64,000 bases of DNA from Spirochaetia bacterium (GTDB taxonomy: Bacteria > Spirochaetota > Spirochaetia > SZUA-6 > Bin103): NCBI GenBank assembly GCA_965198005.1, contig CBDAOI010000003.1, positions 672,001 to 736,000 of the forward strand, in the 5' to 3' direction. The position numbers and the translations under genes are program-made. Under the pieces are notes generated by a model. That model saw only the letters and a list, made by a program, of their open reading frames with translations. It ran no database searches and had not been told where the DNA came from. Of the stretch, positions 20,275-29,774 are shown in pieces. Within the stretch, counting starts at the first letter, position 1; each line of letters starts with the position of its first letter.

Positions 20275-20865
20275 ATGGCTGAAGGCCGGGGTATCGGAAG
20301 ACAACCAGTGGTCGAGCACAGTGGTCGGGATACCACAAGGGGCGACGATTTCGCCGCTGCTGGCGAACGTCTACCTGCACTATGTGCTGGATCTATGGGT
20401 GGAAGCGTGGCGCAAGCGCCATGCCCGCGGCGAGGTCTATATCGTGCGCTACGCCGACGATTACATAACGGCGTTTCAGTACCGGTTTCACCCACATCTG
20501 CGCGCGCCGTCGCACGGACGGGCGCTATACCGTTCTGAGGAAAACCCTCGCCAAGCGGCTCAGGACGAAAGTCCTTGCAGTCACCAGGGAGCTGAAGCGG
20601 AGACGACACGCCCCCGTGCCTCAGCAGGGCAGGTGGATCCGAAGTGTCGTGCGTGGGTACTTCAACTACCACGCAGTGCCAGGCAACTTTCGAGCGCTGT
20701 ACCGGTTTCGTCAGCTGGTAGCGTGCGCATGGCTGCGCGCGCTCCGGCGACGGAGTCAGAAAGGCAGGCGCTTGACCTGGTCTCGGATGCAAAAGCACCT
20801 CGACACGTGGCTGCCGCCGGCCCGAATTCTGCACCCCTATCCCAATGAGCGCCTTCGCGTTGACG
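20275..20865 (+). pseudogene. Group II intron reverse transcriptase/maturase fragment
   Basis: PQGATISPLLANVYLHY, RYADD, maturase GYFNYHAVPGN, WLRALRRRSQK, ILHPYP; internal deletion after FQYR. Confidence 0.85.
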
Positions 20866-20867
20866 GC

Positions 20868-21410
20868 GCGCGCGGTGCTGTTTGCCGGCAGCCGCCGCGG
20901 GCAGGTGGAGCCGCCGGTCTGCCGTGCGCTGGTCGAGCGGTTCCGCCGCCACGGGTTCGGGTTCTTCGTGGGCTGCGCGACCGGCGTCGATGCGGCGTTC
21001 CGCGCGGCGCTGGCCCACTCAGCGTGCGGCCCCGACGAGGTGTTCGTCGGCTGCGCGTTCGGCAAGCGCGCACGGCGCTGCCGGGCCGAGGGGCGGTTCG
21101 CCTCGGCGGTGGTGCCCGAGGGCATCCCGCCCAACGCAGCGCTGGCGCGGCGCACCCGGTGGCTGGTCAAGCGCAGCTCGCTGGTGGTGCTGTTCCCCGA
21201 GCGCCCTGCCGACCGGCAGTGGGGGCCGGCTCGCGGCACGTGTTTCGATCGAGTCTCTACCATCTTAAGCCGACCTTCGTGGTGGCCTCACGGCCGCCTG
21301 TCGCTCCGGCGTTCTGTCGGGTGGCGGCCGCCGACCTGTTCGCCACGGTCGACGGCTACTGGGTGGTGCCGCACACCTTCCGCGACGGCCTCTGCGACGA
21401 CGAGTACTGA
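20868..21410 (+). pseudogene. SLOG/DprA-like Rossmann-fold protein, frameshifted; short paralogue fragment at ~7995-8080
   Basis: LFAGSR, VGCATGVD, ALARRTRWLV, VVLFP...WGPGS. Confidence 0.5.
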
Positions 21411-21557
21411 GGGTCGAGATCGGAGCATCGGCTTCCCGCTGACCGGCAAGGCCACCCTCGTCGGCGAATGGGTACTATCGCGCTCCACCCCAGCACCGGC
21501 AGCCGAACGCGCCGAAGCGCTTGCTACATCTCTCGCGCTGGTCTAAGCTGCAGGTGT

Positions 21558-21680
21558 ATGGGTAACGACATGCCCCCCCCCAGCCACCGCGTAGCGCGGA
21601 GGCACCCGACTACCGACTACCGCGCGCCGCTAGCCGCTCAGCCAACCACCCAGCGGCCGACCGCTCGGCGCCAGTGCTGA
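21558..21680 (+). CDS. Putative leaderless uORF MGNDMPPPSHRVARRHPTTDYRAPLAAQPTTQRPTARRQC
   Basis: ATG 8 nt after -10; frame kept in copy 2 via 9-nt indel; four synonymous third-position changes. Confidence 0.55.
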   Translation: MGNDMPPPSHRVARRHPTTDYRAPLAAQPTTQRPTARRQC

Positions 21681-21898
21681 GCGCGGCACCATCGATCCGC
21701 GTGGCGCACAGCCGCCACGCATCCGTGCGTCCACCGGCCGACCCCGTCGGCCGCCACTTCCACCAGTCCACACCAACATGCGTAGCGACCCTTGCCGGCC
21801 GCCACCACGCGTGGCGTGCGCAGGCTTGCCCTTCGGCGCGGCGCGCGCGCGTCAACAAAAGGAGGCATGGGATGAAACACCCGACCGGGTACGACTAA
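21674..21898 (+). CDS. Putative second uORF (74 aa, GTG overlapping uORF1 stop) or 8-aa MKHPTGYD from ATG 21872
   Basis: AAGGAGG SD before ATG 21872; TAA/TAG stop conserved; upstream frame open in both copies. Confidence 0.5.
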   Translation: MLSAAPSIRVAHSRHASVRPPADPVGRHFHQSTPTCVATLAGRHHAWRAQACPSARRARVNKRRHGMKHPTGYD

Positions 21899-22014
21899 CT
21901 CGGACCCCAGGATGTCGCCCTTCGCTCGACTATGAGAGCGCGCTCGCGGGAGCGAGCGTTGCGAGGGGCCGGCAGTGGAATCAGTGCTCTCGAAACTATT
22001 GTAAGGAGATCTCA

Positions 22015-23811
22015 ATGAGATTTTTCAAAACAGGCCTCGCGATACTGTGCGGCCTGGTTCTGACCGCGACCGGCCTCTGGGCCGCTGGCGCAGAAGAGGC
22101 ACCGGCAGCCGCCGCCGACAAGAGGTATGTGACGGACCCCAGCACAGGGGAGCTAGTGGTCGCGCCAGAGTACGGCGGGACATTGACCTTCCCCACTACT
22201 AAGGAGTTTGAGATTGCCGACGCCTGGTTCATTAGTGGCAACGCCAGTTCGTTCGTCTCCGGCGTTCTAGAGAAGCTAGTTATAGGAGACTGGGCAGTAG
22301 ATAGGGACGAATGGGACTGGCAAGGTCCAAACGTACCTCCAGAATACTTGATAGGGCAACTGGCGGAAAGCTGGGAACAGCCCGACGACACAACTTATGT
22401 GTTCAATATCCGTAAAGGCGTTCACTGGCATGATAAGGCGCCGATGAACGGGCGGGAGCTAACTGCCAAGGATGTCGAATATAACTATCACCGCATATTG
22501 GGTGTGGGCAGCGGCTTCACCGAACCTAGCCCATCATTACATGATATGAGGTCTGTGCAATTCGAATCGATAACGGCCACCGACGACTATACCGTTGTTT
22601 TCAAGCTGAAGCGGCCACACATCAATCCGCTCCCGCTTATCACGGACTGGTGGACAAATTACATATACCCCCCCGAGGTAATCGAGCAATACGGCGACGC
22701 CAAGGATTGGAGGAACCTGGTCGGCACCGGGCCCTGGATGCTGACTGATTGGGTCGAGGCCAGTTCCTATAACTTCATCAAGAATCCTGACTACTGGGGG
22801 TTCGACGAAAAATACCCGGAGAACCGCTTGCCCTATGCTGACGAGTTAAAGGCCCTCGTTATGCCAGACGAGGCAACACGTCTGGCAGCAATCCGCTCGG
22901 GTCGGGTTGATCTGGGAAGTTCGGTGGGCACTATCTCCACTGACATCAAGTCTATCGACCAGGTCGAGAGCCTCCAGCGGAGCAATCCCGAAATCGAGCT
23001 GCACAAGGTTTCCATCCGCTCGAACCATGCTTTTAGTATGAACCTGAATAACCCGCTTTTTAGCGACATTCGAGTGCGTATTGCATTGCAGAAGGCACTG
23101 GACCTCGAGACAATTGCCAATACCTTCTTCAAGGGATATGCAAACTGGGAACCTCGCGGGGTAGTAGGGACTTCTCTCAAGGGCTATTACGAACCATATG
23201 AGGAGTGGCCCGAGGAGATCAAGGAACGCTATACCTATGACCCGGCAGCGGCAGAAGCGTTACTCGATGAGGCCGGATTTCCTCGTGGTGCCGACGGCAT
23301 TAGATTCGAGACTACCAGCCTTGCCTGGGGGCACGCACCCACAGGCTATCAAGAATTGGCCTCTGCATACTGGCGTGAGATTGGCGTTGCTGTAGAGATC
23401 GAGGCAATGGAGTCCGCTCAGTTAGCCAAAATAGCGAGCTCCTCAATGCATGAAGATATGCGCAGCGGGGAGATGAGCCATCATTATCTCGCTGAGCACC
23501 TTGTGGGTCGCTGGTCCGGCAACGTGTGGAACCCCGCCGGCCAATTTTCGGACCCGACTTTTGACGCCAAGCTTGAGACCATGCGAGCTACTACTGACCT
23601 CGAGGAGTACAAGAGGCTGTTTAGAGAGCTGGATATGTACGCGACTGAGAAGCACTGGTATATATGGGGGCCCGAGTCCCCACAGTTTAACTGGAATCAG
23701 CCGTGGGTCATAGGTTATAATGGTGAAACCACGCTGGGTTATGGTCAAGCTTATCAGATGTTGGCCCGCCTCTGGATTGATAGTGAGCTGAAGAGCGCAA
23801 TGGGTCAATAG
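22015..23811 (+). CDS. ABC substrate-binding protein, family 5 (cassette 2)
   Basis: AAGGAG SD, signal MRFFKTGLAIL...WAAGAEE, LAESWEQ, GTGPW, KNPDYWG. Confidence 0.95.
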   Translation: MRFFKTGLAILCGLVLTATGLWAAGAEEAPAAAADKRYVTDPSTGELVVAPEYGGTLTFPTTKEFEIADAWFISGNASSFVSGVLEKLVIGDWAVDRDEWDWQGPNVPPEYLIGQLAESWEQPDDTTYVFNIRKGVHWHDKAPMNGRELTAKDVEYNYHRILGVGSGFTEPSPSLHDMRSVQFESITATDDYTVVFKLKRPHINPLPLITDWWTNYIYPPEVIEQYGDAKDWRNLVGTGPWMLTDWVEASSYNFIKNPDYWGFDEKYPENRLPYADELKALVMPDEATRLAAIRSGRVDLGSSVGTISTDIKSIDQVESLQRSNPEIELHKVSIRSNHAFSMNLNNPLFSDIRVRIALQKALDLETIANTFFKGYANWEPRGVVGTSLKGYYEPYEEWPEEIKERYTYDPAAAEALLDEAGFPRGADGIRFETTSLAWGHAPTGYQELASAYWREIGVAVEIEAMESAQLAKIASSSMHEDMRSGEMSHHYLAEHLVGRWSGNVWNPAGQFSDPTFDAKLETMRATTDLEEYKRLFRELDMYATEKHWYIWGPESPQFNWNQPWVIGYNGETTLGYGQAYQMLARLWIDSELKSAMGQ

Positions 23812-23847
23812 GGGTTAAAGCCCCTTGCTACTGACCTTAGGGAAAGA

Positions 23848-23880
23848 GGGAGCCGGGGAGGTGCAAACCTACCGGCTCCC
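23848..23880 (+). terminator. Intergenic stem-loop SBP/oppB
   Basis: gggagccgg...ccggctccc with inner aggt-gcaa-acct; no U-tract. Confidence 0.5.
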
Positions 23881-23953
23881 GATACTCCTTGAGAGGGCGA
23901 CGACATTGCCACGCTTTCAGTAGAAGGGCTCCAGTAACAGGGAGAAGTATCAC

Positions 23954-24907
23954 ATGAAGGCCTATATCATCAGGCGTTTATTGTTGATGGTCCCTAGCTT
24001 GCTCATATTGACCGTACTGGTCTTTCTCTCGGTCCGCTTCATCCCCGGCGATGCAATAGACCTAATGACTATGGAGTACGGGGCTGGCCAGGTAGACCGT
24101 GAAGCCCTGGAGCGTGAGCTGGGATTGGACGTGCCTTTCTACGTGCAGTATGGACGCTGGATGGAAGGCATTGTCCTGCACGGCACCCTTGGCAAATCAC
24201 TGTTTGGCGGCGCTTTTTCGGTGGAGGAAAAGATTCTGGATAGATTGCCGGTAACCATTGAGCTCGGTGTCCTGGCGATCGCGATTGGGCTGGTGATAGC
24301 CCTGCCCGTCGGCATCTACTCCGCGATTCGTCAGGATACGGCCGCCGATTACCTGGGGCGCTCGGTTGCCATCATCGGCCTGGCAACGCCTAACTTCTGG
24401 CTGGCCCTGATGGTCATGCTCTACCCGGCAATCTGGTGGGGCTGGTCGCCACCGATGCAGTGGGTTCCTCTCACGGAAGACCCGCTGGGAAGTCTCGGGG
24501 TGTTCATCATTCCCAGCTTGATTCTTGGGACCTACCTTTCTGCAGCCACCATGCGGATGATCCGCACCATGATGCTGGAGGTGCTCAGGCAGGACTATAT
24601 CAGGACGGCCTGGTCCAAGGGGCTGAAGGAGAGGGTCGTTATTATCAGACACGCCGTCAAGAATGCCCTCATCCCGGTAGTTACCCTGATAGGCCTGCAG
24701 ATGCCTATCCTGGTAGGCGGCTCCGTTATCATGGAGAACATATTTAACCTGCCGGGGCTGGGTCGTCTCATGGTGGCGGCACTCGAAGACAGAGACTACC
24801 CGGTGGTCTCCGGAGTAAACCTGTTTTTCGCCACCATGGTTATGGGGATCAATCTATTGATCGACCTGATATATCCTATTTTGGATCCCAGGGTCCGTTA
24901 TAAATAG
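23954..24907 (+). CDS. OppB permease (cassette 2)
   Basis: Same motifs as 9722-10687. Confidence 0.95.
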   Translation: MKAYIIRRLLLMVPSLLILTVLVFLSVRFIPGDAIDLMTMEYGAGQVDREALERELGLDVPFYVQYGRWMEGIVLHGTLGKSLFGGAFSVEEKILDRLPVTIELGVLAIAIGLVIALPVGIYSAIRQDTAADYLGRSVAIIGLATPNFWLALMVMLYPAIWWGWSPPMQWVPLTEDPLGSLGVFIIPSLILGTYLSAATMRMIRTMMLEVLRQDYIRTAWSKGLKERVVIIRHAVKNALIPVVTLIGLQMPILVGGSVIMENIFNLPGLGRLMVAALEDRDYPVVSGVNLFFATMVMGINLLIDLIYPILDPRVRYK

Positions 24908-24917
24908 AAGAGCGAGT

Positions 24918-25817
24918 ATGAGTAGCGACATAGGGATACCATCAACAGCAAGCGATCCAAAGAGACGTACCGGGCTGGCTGATTTCTTCATCAGGCTGTG
25001 GAAGGAGAAGCCGATGGGTACTGCCAGCGGGATTGTCGTATTGTTATTGATTTTTGTGGCTATCTTTGCCGATTTCCTGGCTCCTTATCCATATTGGGAA
25101 CAACACGTAGTAGACAGGCTTCAGGGCTCATCGGCCCAGTATCTCCTGGGTACCGACCACTTGGGGCGAGATTTTTTGAGCCGCCTTATCTACGGAGCTC
25201 GCATTTCGTTACTTGTCGGTCTGGCGGCGACCGCTCTCAATGTTGTGGTCGCTGTCCTGATAGGCGGCATTTCGGGATTCTTTGGTGGTAAATTGGACCT
25301 GGTGGTGCAGAGATTTGTCGATGCCTGGATGGCTTTCCCGGGACTGCTCCTGTTGTTGACCGTAATGTCCATAGTGGGGCGGGGTATGCCACAGATGATA
25401 GTGGTCCTGGGGATAACAGGAGGCATCGTCAGCTCAAGAACAGTCAGAGGCGCGGTTATTGGTGTCAAAGAGAATGTCTATTTTCAGGCAGCGGCGGCGA
25501 TTGGCAGCTCGAAAGGGAGGACACTCATCCGACATGTCCTGCCCAATATTATGCCTATCGTAATCATTACATTTAGCATCAGCATCGGGGGCGTAATCCT
25601 GAGTGTGGCCGCTCTGAGCTTCCTCGGATTCGGTCTGCCATTGGAGATTCCTGAGTGGGGCGGGCTGCTTAGCAGGGAAGGGCGCAGATACATGGAACAG
25701 GGGCCATGGCTGGCTCTTTGGCCTGGTCTTTGCCTGACTATTACCGTTTACAGTCTCAACATGTTCGGCGACGCCCTGCGCGACCTGCTCGACCCGCGGT
25801 TGCGCGGCGCGACCTAG
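24918..25817 (+). CDS. OppC permease (cassette 2)
   Basis: LLGTDHLGRD, RHVLPN, GDALRDLLDPR. Confidence 0.95.
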   Translation: MSSDIGIPSTASDPKRRTGLADFFIRLWKEKPMGTASGIVVLLLIFVAIFADFLAPYPYWEQHVVDRLQGSSAQYLLGTDHLGRDFLSRLIYGARISLLVGLAATALNVVVAVLIGGISGFFGGKLDLVVQRFVDAWMAFPGLLLLLTVMSIVGRGMPQMIVVLGITGGIVSSRTVRGAVIGVKENVYFQAAAAIGSSKGRTLIRHVLPNIMPIVIITFSISIGGVILSVAALSFLGFGLPLEIPEWGGLLSREGRRYMEQGPWLALWPGLCLTITVYSLNMFGDALRDLLDPRLRGAT

Positions 25818-25828
25818 CCGGGCAACGA

Positions 25829-25995
25829 ATGGCTAGCGCCGAGATCGGCAGCACCGGATTGTCGGTGACGCGCCTCGGGCTGGGCGGGCAGGTCCACCCG
25901 GCGGCAGCTTCCACGGCACCACGGCGGCGGCGGCTCATGCCACGCTGGAGCGAGCCTATGAGCTAGGGGTGCGCTATTTCGACACTGCGCCTACC
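25829..25995 (+). pseudogene. Aldo/keto reductase N-terminal fragment
   Basis: IGSTGLSVTRLGLGG / ERAYELGVRYFDTAP. Confidence 0.7.
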
Positions 25996-26420
25996 GACGA
26001 TCGTGGCAGGAGCGAGATCTGCTCGGCCTCCGCCAACAGACGGTCGAGTGGGGCCGGGGGCCCCGAATCCTCTTCGTCGGCTGCCCGGGCGCCTTCGAGC
26101 GCGTGCAGCAGACCGAAGTCTGGCTCCAGCGGTGGCGCCGAGTGATGGGTCCAGGCGCCGCGACCCGCACGGCCAGGGAGCTGGGCGAGGTAGGCGATGG
26201 TTGAGAACTCACCCGGCCAGTCTACCCGGCTGTCGATCGCCGTCGAATCACGCGACCACCCAAACGTTGTTTTTGTTGGGGCCCCAACTGAAGTGCACCC
26301 GATCCACCATGGGCACGTGCGCGGGCTTGCGGGACCAGACGACCGTGCTGTCGGTGCTTCCAGAGAAGTGTTTGCCATAACCCGGGCGGCCGGCTATAGT
26401 AGTCCGCGTATGGGGACCCA

Positions 26421-26959
26421 CGCGCTCCACCCCAGCACCGGCAGCCGAACGCGCCGAAGCGCTTGCTACATCTCTCGCGCTGGTCTAAGCTGCAGGTGTA
26501 TGGGTAACGACATGACCCAGCCCAGCCGCCGCGTAGCGCGGAGGCACCCGACTACCCGACTACCCGACTACCGCGCACCGCTAGCCGCTCAGCCGACCAC
26601 ACAGCGGCCTACCGCTCGGCGCCGGTGCTGAGCGCAGCATCGATCCATGTGGCGCACAGTCGCCACGCCTCCGTGCGTCCAGCGGCCGACCCCGTCGGCC
26701 GCCACTTCCACCAGTCCACACCAACATGCGTAGCGACGCTTGCCGGCCGCCACCACGCGTGGCGTGCGCAGGCATGCCCTTTCGGCGCGGCGCGCGCGCG
26801 TCAAAGGAGGCATGGGATGAAACACCCGACCGGGTACGACTAGCTCGGACCCCAGGATGTCGCCCTTCGCTCGACTATGAGAGCGCGCTCGCGGGAGCGA
26901 GCGTTGCGAAGGGCCGGCAGTGGAATCAGTGCTCTCGAAACTATTGTAAGGAGATCTCG
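26421..26959 (+). promoter_or_regulatory. Leader B, copy 2 (promoter 26463-26491; uORFs 26500-26631 and 26625/26817-26843)
   Basis: Direct repeat of 21480-22014. Confidence 0.8.
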
Positions 26960-28753
26960 ATGAGATTTTTCAAAACAGGCCTCGCGATACTGTGCGGCCT
27001 GGTTCTGACCGCAACCGGCCTGTGGGCCGCCGGCGCAGATGAAGAGGGGTCGGCTGCTGCTGCCGAGAAGGAGTACGTGACCGATCCGTCCACCGGCAAG
27101 CAGGTGCTCAAGCCGGCGTACGGCGGGACCATTACCGTTGCGCAGCGACCCCTTGGGTTTGACCACGCCGACACGTGGATCAGTCACGCCGGCGGAGTGT
27201 ACGCGGGAGCGGCTCTGGACAAGTTGGGCCAAGCCGACTGGGCAGTCGACCGCAGCGTCAACAAAATGGTGACCTACTATCCGGAGAGCGTCGTCACCGA
27301 CCACCTGGCCGAGAGCTGGGAGAACCCGGATCCGTTGACCTACATCTACAAGATCCGCGACAACGTCTTCTTTCACGACAAGCCGCCGGTGAACGGTCGC
27401 CAGTTTACCGCTGACGATATGGCCGCGAACTACGAGCGCCTGTTCGGCATCGGCAGGTTTGCCGGCCAGGAGCCCGCGGTGCATACGTGGGGGACAAAAG
27501 CCCTGCCTTTCGAGTCGGTAACGGCCACCGACAAGCTGACATTGGTGATCAAGCTGTCGCGGCCAGCCGCGGACACCCATCGGCAACTGTTCGACGACTG
27601 CCACGTCCGGGCATATCCGCCCGAGACCTTCGACATGCTCGGCAACGTCAACAACCTGATCGGCACCGGGCCCTTCATGGTGAACGAGTACGTCAGTGGC
27701 ACCTCGATCACATGGGACAGGAACCCCAACTACTGGAAGGACGACGAGAAGTACCCGGGGAACCGCCTGCCCTACGCCGACAAGCTCGTGATGCTGTTCA
27801 TGAGCGACGAGGCGACCATACTTGCGGCACTGCGGTCGGGCCAGATCGATATCGCCGGGGCGACCGGTAACGTGCTGATCAAGTCGATCGCCAACGCGGT
27901 GCAGCTGCAGAAAGATGTCCCGGGCACGCAGCTCTTCCCGATCGCGCGCCGATCGGAGACGTCGTTGGGGATGAGAATGGATAAGCCTCCCCTTAACGAC
28001 ATCAGGGTGCGCCACGCGCTGCAGATGGCGCTCGACCTGGAGACCGTCAGGGATAACTATTTCTTGGGCTTCGGCGAGTGGCAGCCGATGGGGTCAATCG
28101 GGCCTGCGGTGATCGGTTACAACAACCCCTTCGATACTTGGCCCGAGGAGCTCAAGAAGTTCTGGTCCTACGACCCGGCGGGTGCCGAGCGACTGCTCGA
28201 TGAGGCCGGATACCCACGCGGCGCGGACGGCGTCCGCTTCCAGACCTCGATCTTGATCAGAGGCGACCGGAGCGACGTGGGCTATATGGAGCTGGTAGCC
28301 GGCTACTGGAAGGAGATCGGCGTGGAGGCCGAGATCGAGGCGGTGGACACCGCCACGTACGAGAGACGGCGCCAGGCGTTAGATTTCGACGGATTGAAAG
28401 ACTTCTGGGCCGTCGGCGCCGACTACGGGGATCTCAACAGTACCCTCGGCCAGTTTCGCGACGACTCAACTTTCAGGGCCGGCACCTTTAGTGACCCGGT
28501 GTTCGAGGCCAAATATGACGAGTTACAGGCTGCCGCTGGTGACGCGGAGGAGCACCGACGGCTGGCGAAGGCGCTCGACATGTACGTCATCGAGCAGCAC
28601 CCCTACATCTATGGTCCGCGGGTTGCAACGTTCAACGTTGCGCAGCCATGGATCGTCGGCTACAACGGCGAGATGGCGATCGGCAACTGCGCCTGGAACG
28701 GGCCGTACGCGCGCATGTGGAACGATAGTCAGCTCAAGGCCGAGTTGAACTAA
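26960..28753 (+). CDS. ABC substrate-binding protein, family 5 (cassette 3)
   Basis: Signal peptide identical to cassette 2; LAESWEN, GTGPF, VRHALQMALD. Confidence 0.95.
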   Translation: MRFFKTGLAILCGLVLTATGLWAAGADEEGSAAAAEKEYVTDPSTGKQVLKPAYGGTITVAQRPLGFDHADTWISHAGGVYAGAALDKLGQADWAVDRSVNKMVTYYPESVVTDHLAESWENPDPLTYIYKIRDNVFFHDKPPVNGRQFTADDMAANYERLFGIGRFAGQEPAVHTWGTKALPFESVTATDKLTLVIKLSRPAADTHRQLFDDCHVRAYPPETFDMLGNVNNLIGTGPFMVNEYVSGTSITWDRNPNYWKDDEKYPGNRLPYADKLVMLFMSDEATILAALRSGQIDIAGATGNVLIKSIANAVQLQKDVPGTQLFPIARRSETSLGMRMDKPPLNDIRVRHALQMALDLETVRDNYFLGFGEWQPMGSIGPAVIGYNNPFDTWPEELKKFWSYDPAGAERLLDEAGYPRGADGVRFQTSILIRGDRSDVGYMELVAGYWKEIGVEAEIEAVDTATYERRRQALDFDGLKDFWAVGADYGDLNSTLGQFRDDSTFRAGTFSDPVFEAKYDELQAAAGDAEEHRRLAKALDMYVIEQHPYIYGPRVATFNVAQPWIVGYNGEMAIGNCAWNGPYARMWNDSQLKAELN

Positions 28754-28771
28754 GCTCGTTTTGGCTTTTGG

Positions 28772-28809
28772 GGTCTGGGGCCCGCATCCGCGGGCCCCAG
28801 ACCTTTCTT
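28772..28809 (+). terminator. Rho-independent-type hairpin between SBP and oppB
   Basis: ggtctggggcccgc-atcc-gcgggccccagacc-tttctt. Confidence 0.7.
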
Positions 28810-28814
28810 AGACC

Positions 28815-29774
28815 GTGCGCACCTACCTCATCCGGCGGCTACTGCTGTTCATCCCGACGCTGTTCATCCTGAGCGCGCTGGTGTTCTTCTCGGTGCGCCT
28901 GCTCCCCGGCGACTACATCGACGTCCTGCTGAGCGACTACCAGTTCTTCGGGCCCGGGGTCGACCGGGAGCGGCTGAGCGAGATGCTGGGACTGAACGTG
29001 CCAACCCACATCGCGTACGTGCGCTGGGTGTCGGGGATCCTATTGCGCGGTACGCTCGGTCAGTCTCTACAACGGGACTTGGCGCCCGTGGAGGCGAAGA
29101 TCCTCGCCAGAGTGCCCGTCACCCTGGAGTTGGGGGCGGTGGCGCTGCTCATCGGCCTGGTGATCGCGCTGCCGGTGGGCATCTACTCGGCGGTGCGCCA
29201 GGACAGCGTAGGCGATTACGCGGGCCGCAGCGTCGCCATCTTCGGGCTGGCCACGCCCAACTTCTGGCTGGCCCTCATGGTCCTCATCTTTCCCGGCATC
29301 TGGTGGGGATGGGCGCCACCGCTGCGACTGTATCCCTTCAACGAGGATCCGCTGGCCCATATCGGCGCGTTCCTCATCCCCGGCCTGATCCTGGGCACTG
29401 GCCTATCTGCCGCCACCATGCGGATGACGCGCACCATGATGCTGGAGGTGCTGCGGCAGGACTACGTGCGGACGGCGTGGGCCAAGGGCCTGCGCGAGCG
29501 GCTGGTGGTCGTCCGTCACGCGATGAAGAACGCGCTCATCCCGGTGGTGACGCTCATCGGGCTGCAGCTGCCGATCCTGGTGGGTGGCTCGGTCATCATC
29601 GAGACGCTGTTCAACCTCCCCGGCCTAGGGTCGCTGTTCGTCCAGTCGCTGTCGATCCGTGACTACCCGATGGTATCGGGCATCAACCTGTTCTTTGCGA
29701 CCTTCATCCTGTTCAACAACCTGCTGATCGACCTGCTGTACGGTTACCTCGACCCGAGGATTCGCTACCAGTGA
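28815..29774 (+). CDS. OppB permease (cassette 3)
   Basis: Family motifs, GTG start. Confidence 0.95.
   Translation: MRTYLIRRLLLFIPTLFILSALVFFSVRLLPGDYIDVLLSDYQFFGPGVDRERLSEMLGLNVPTHIAYVRWVSGILLRGTLGQSLQRDLAPVEAKILARVPVTLELGAVALLIGLVIALPVGIYSAVRQDSVGDYAGRSVAIFGLATPNFWLALMVLIFPGIWWGWAPPLRLYPFNEDPLAHIGAFLIPGLILGTGLSAATMRMTRTMMLEVLRQDYVRTAWAKGLRERLVVVRHAMKNALIPVVTLIGLQLPILVGGSVIIETLFNLPGLGSLFVQSLSIRDYPMVSGINLFFATFILFNNLLIDLLYGYLDPRIRYQ

Larger units (their letters stand above)
21480..22014 (+). promoter_or_regulatory. Leader B, copy 1 (promoter TTGCTA-17-TAAGCT at 21521-21549, uORFs, hairpins)
   Basis: Near-identical to 26421-26959, both upstream of SBP genes. Confidence 0.8.

Noticed and set aside
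20275-20865. Diversity-generating retroelement or retron driving SBP variation
   Set aside because: RT has group II motifs (PQG, YADD) and a maturase domain; no TR/VR pair with A-specific mismatches and no msr/msd seen
21778-22014. N-terminal extensions in the ORF track (also 84, 14360, 26726, 44419, 52084)
   Set aside because: SD sequences, promoter positions, signal peptides or family N-termini place starts at 22015, ~138, 14525, 26960, 45016 and 51904
26840-28015. Long antisense/shadow ORFs (also 14348-15580, 19413-21263, 50288-51382, 52347-53396)
   Set aside because: They overlap well-supported genes, as expected in GC-rich DNA, and show no family motifs
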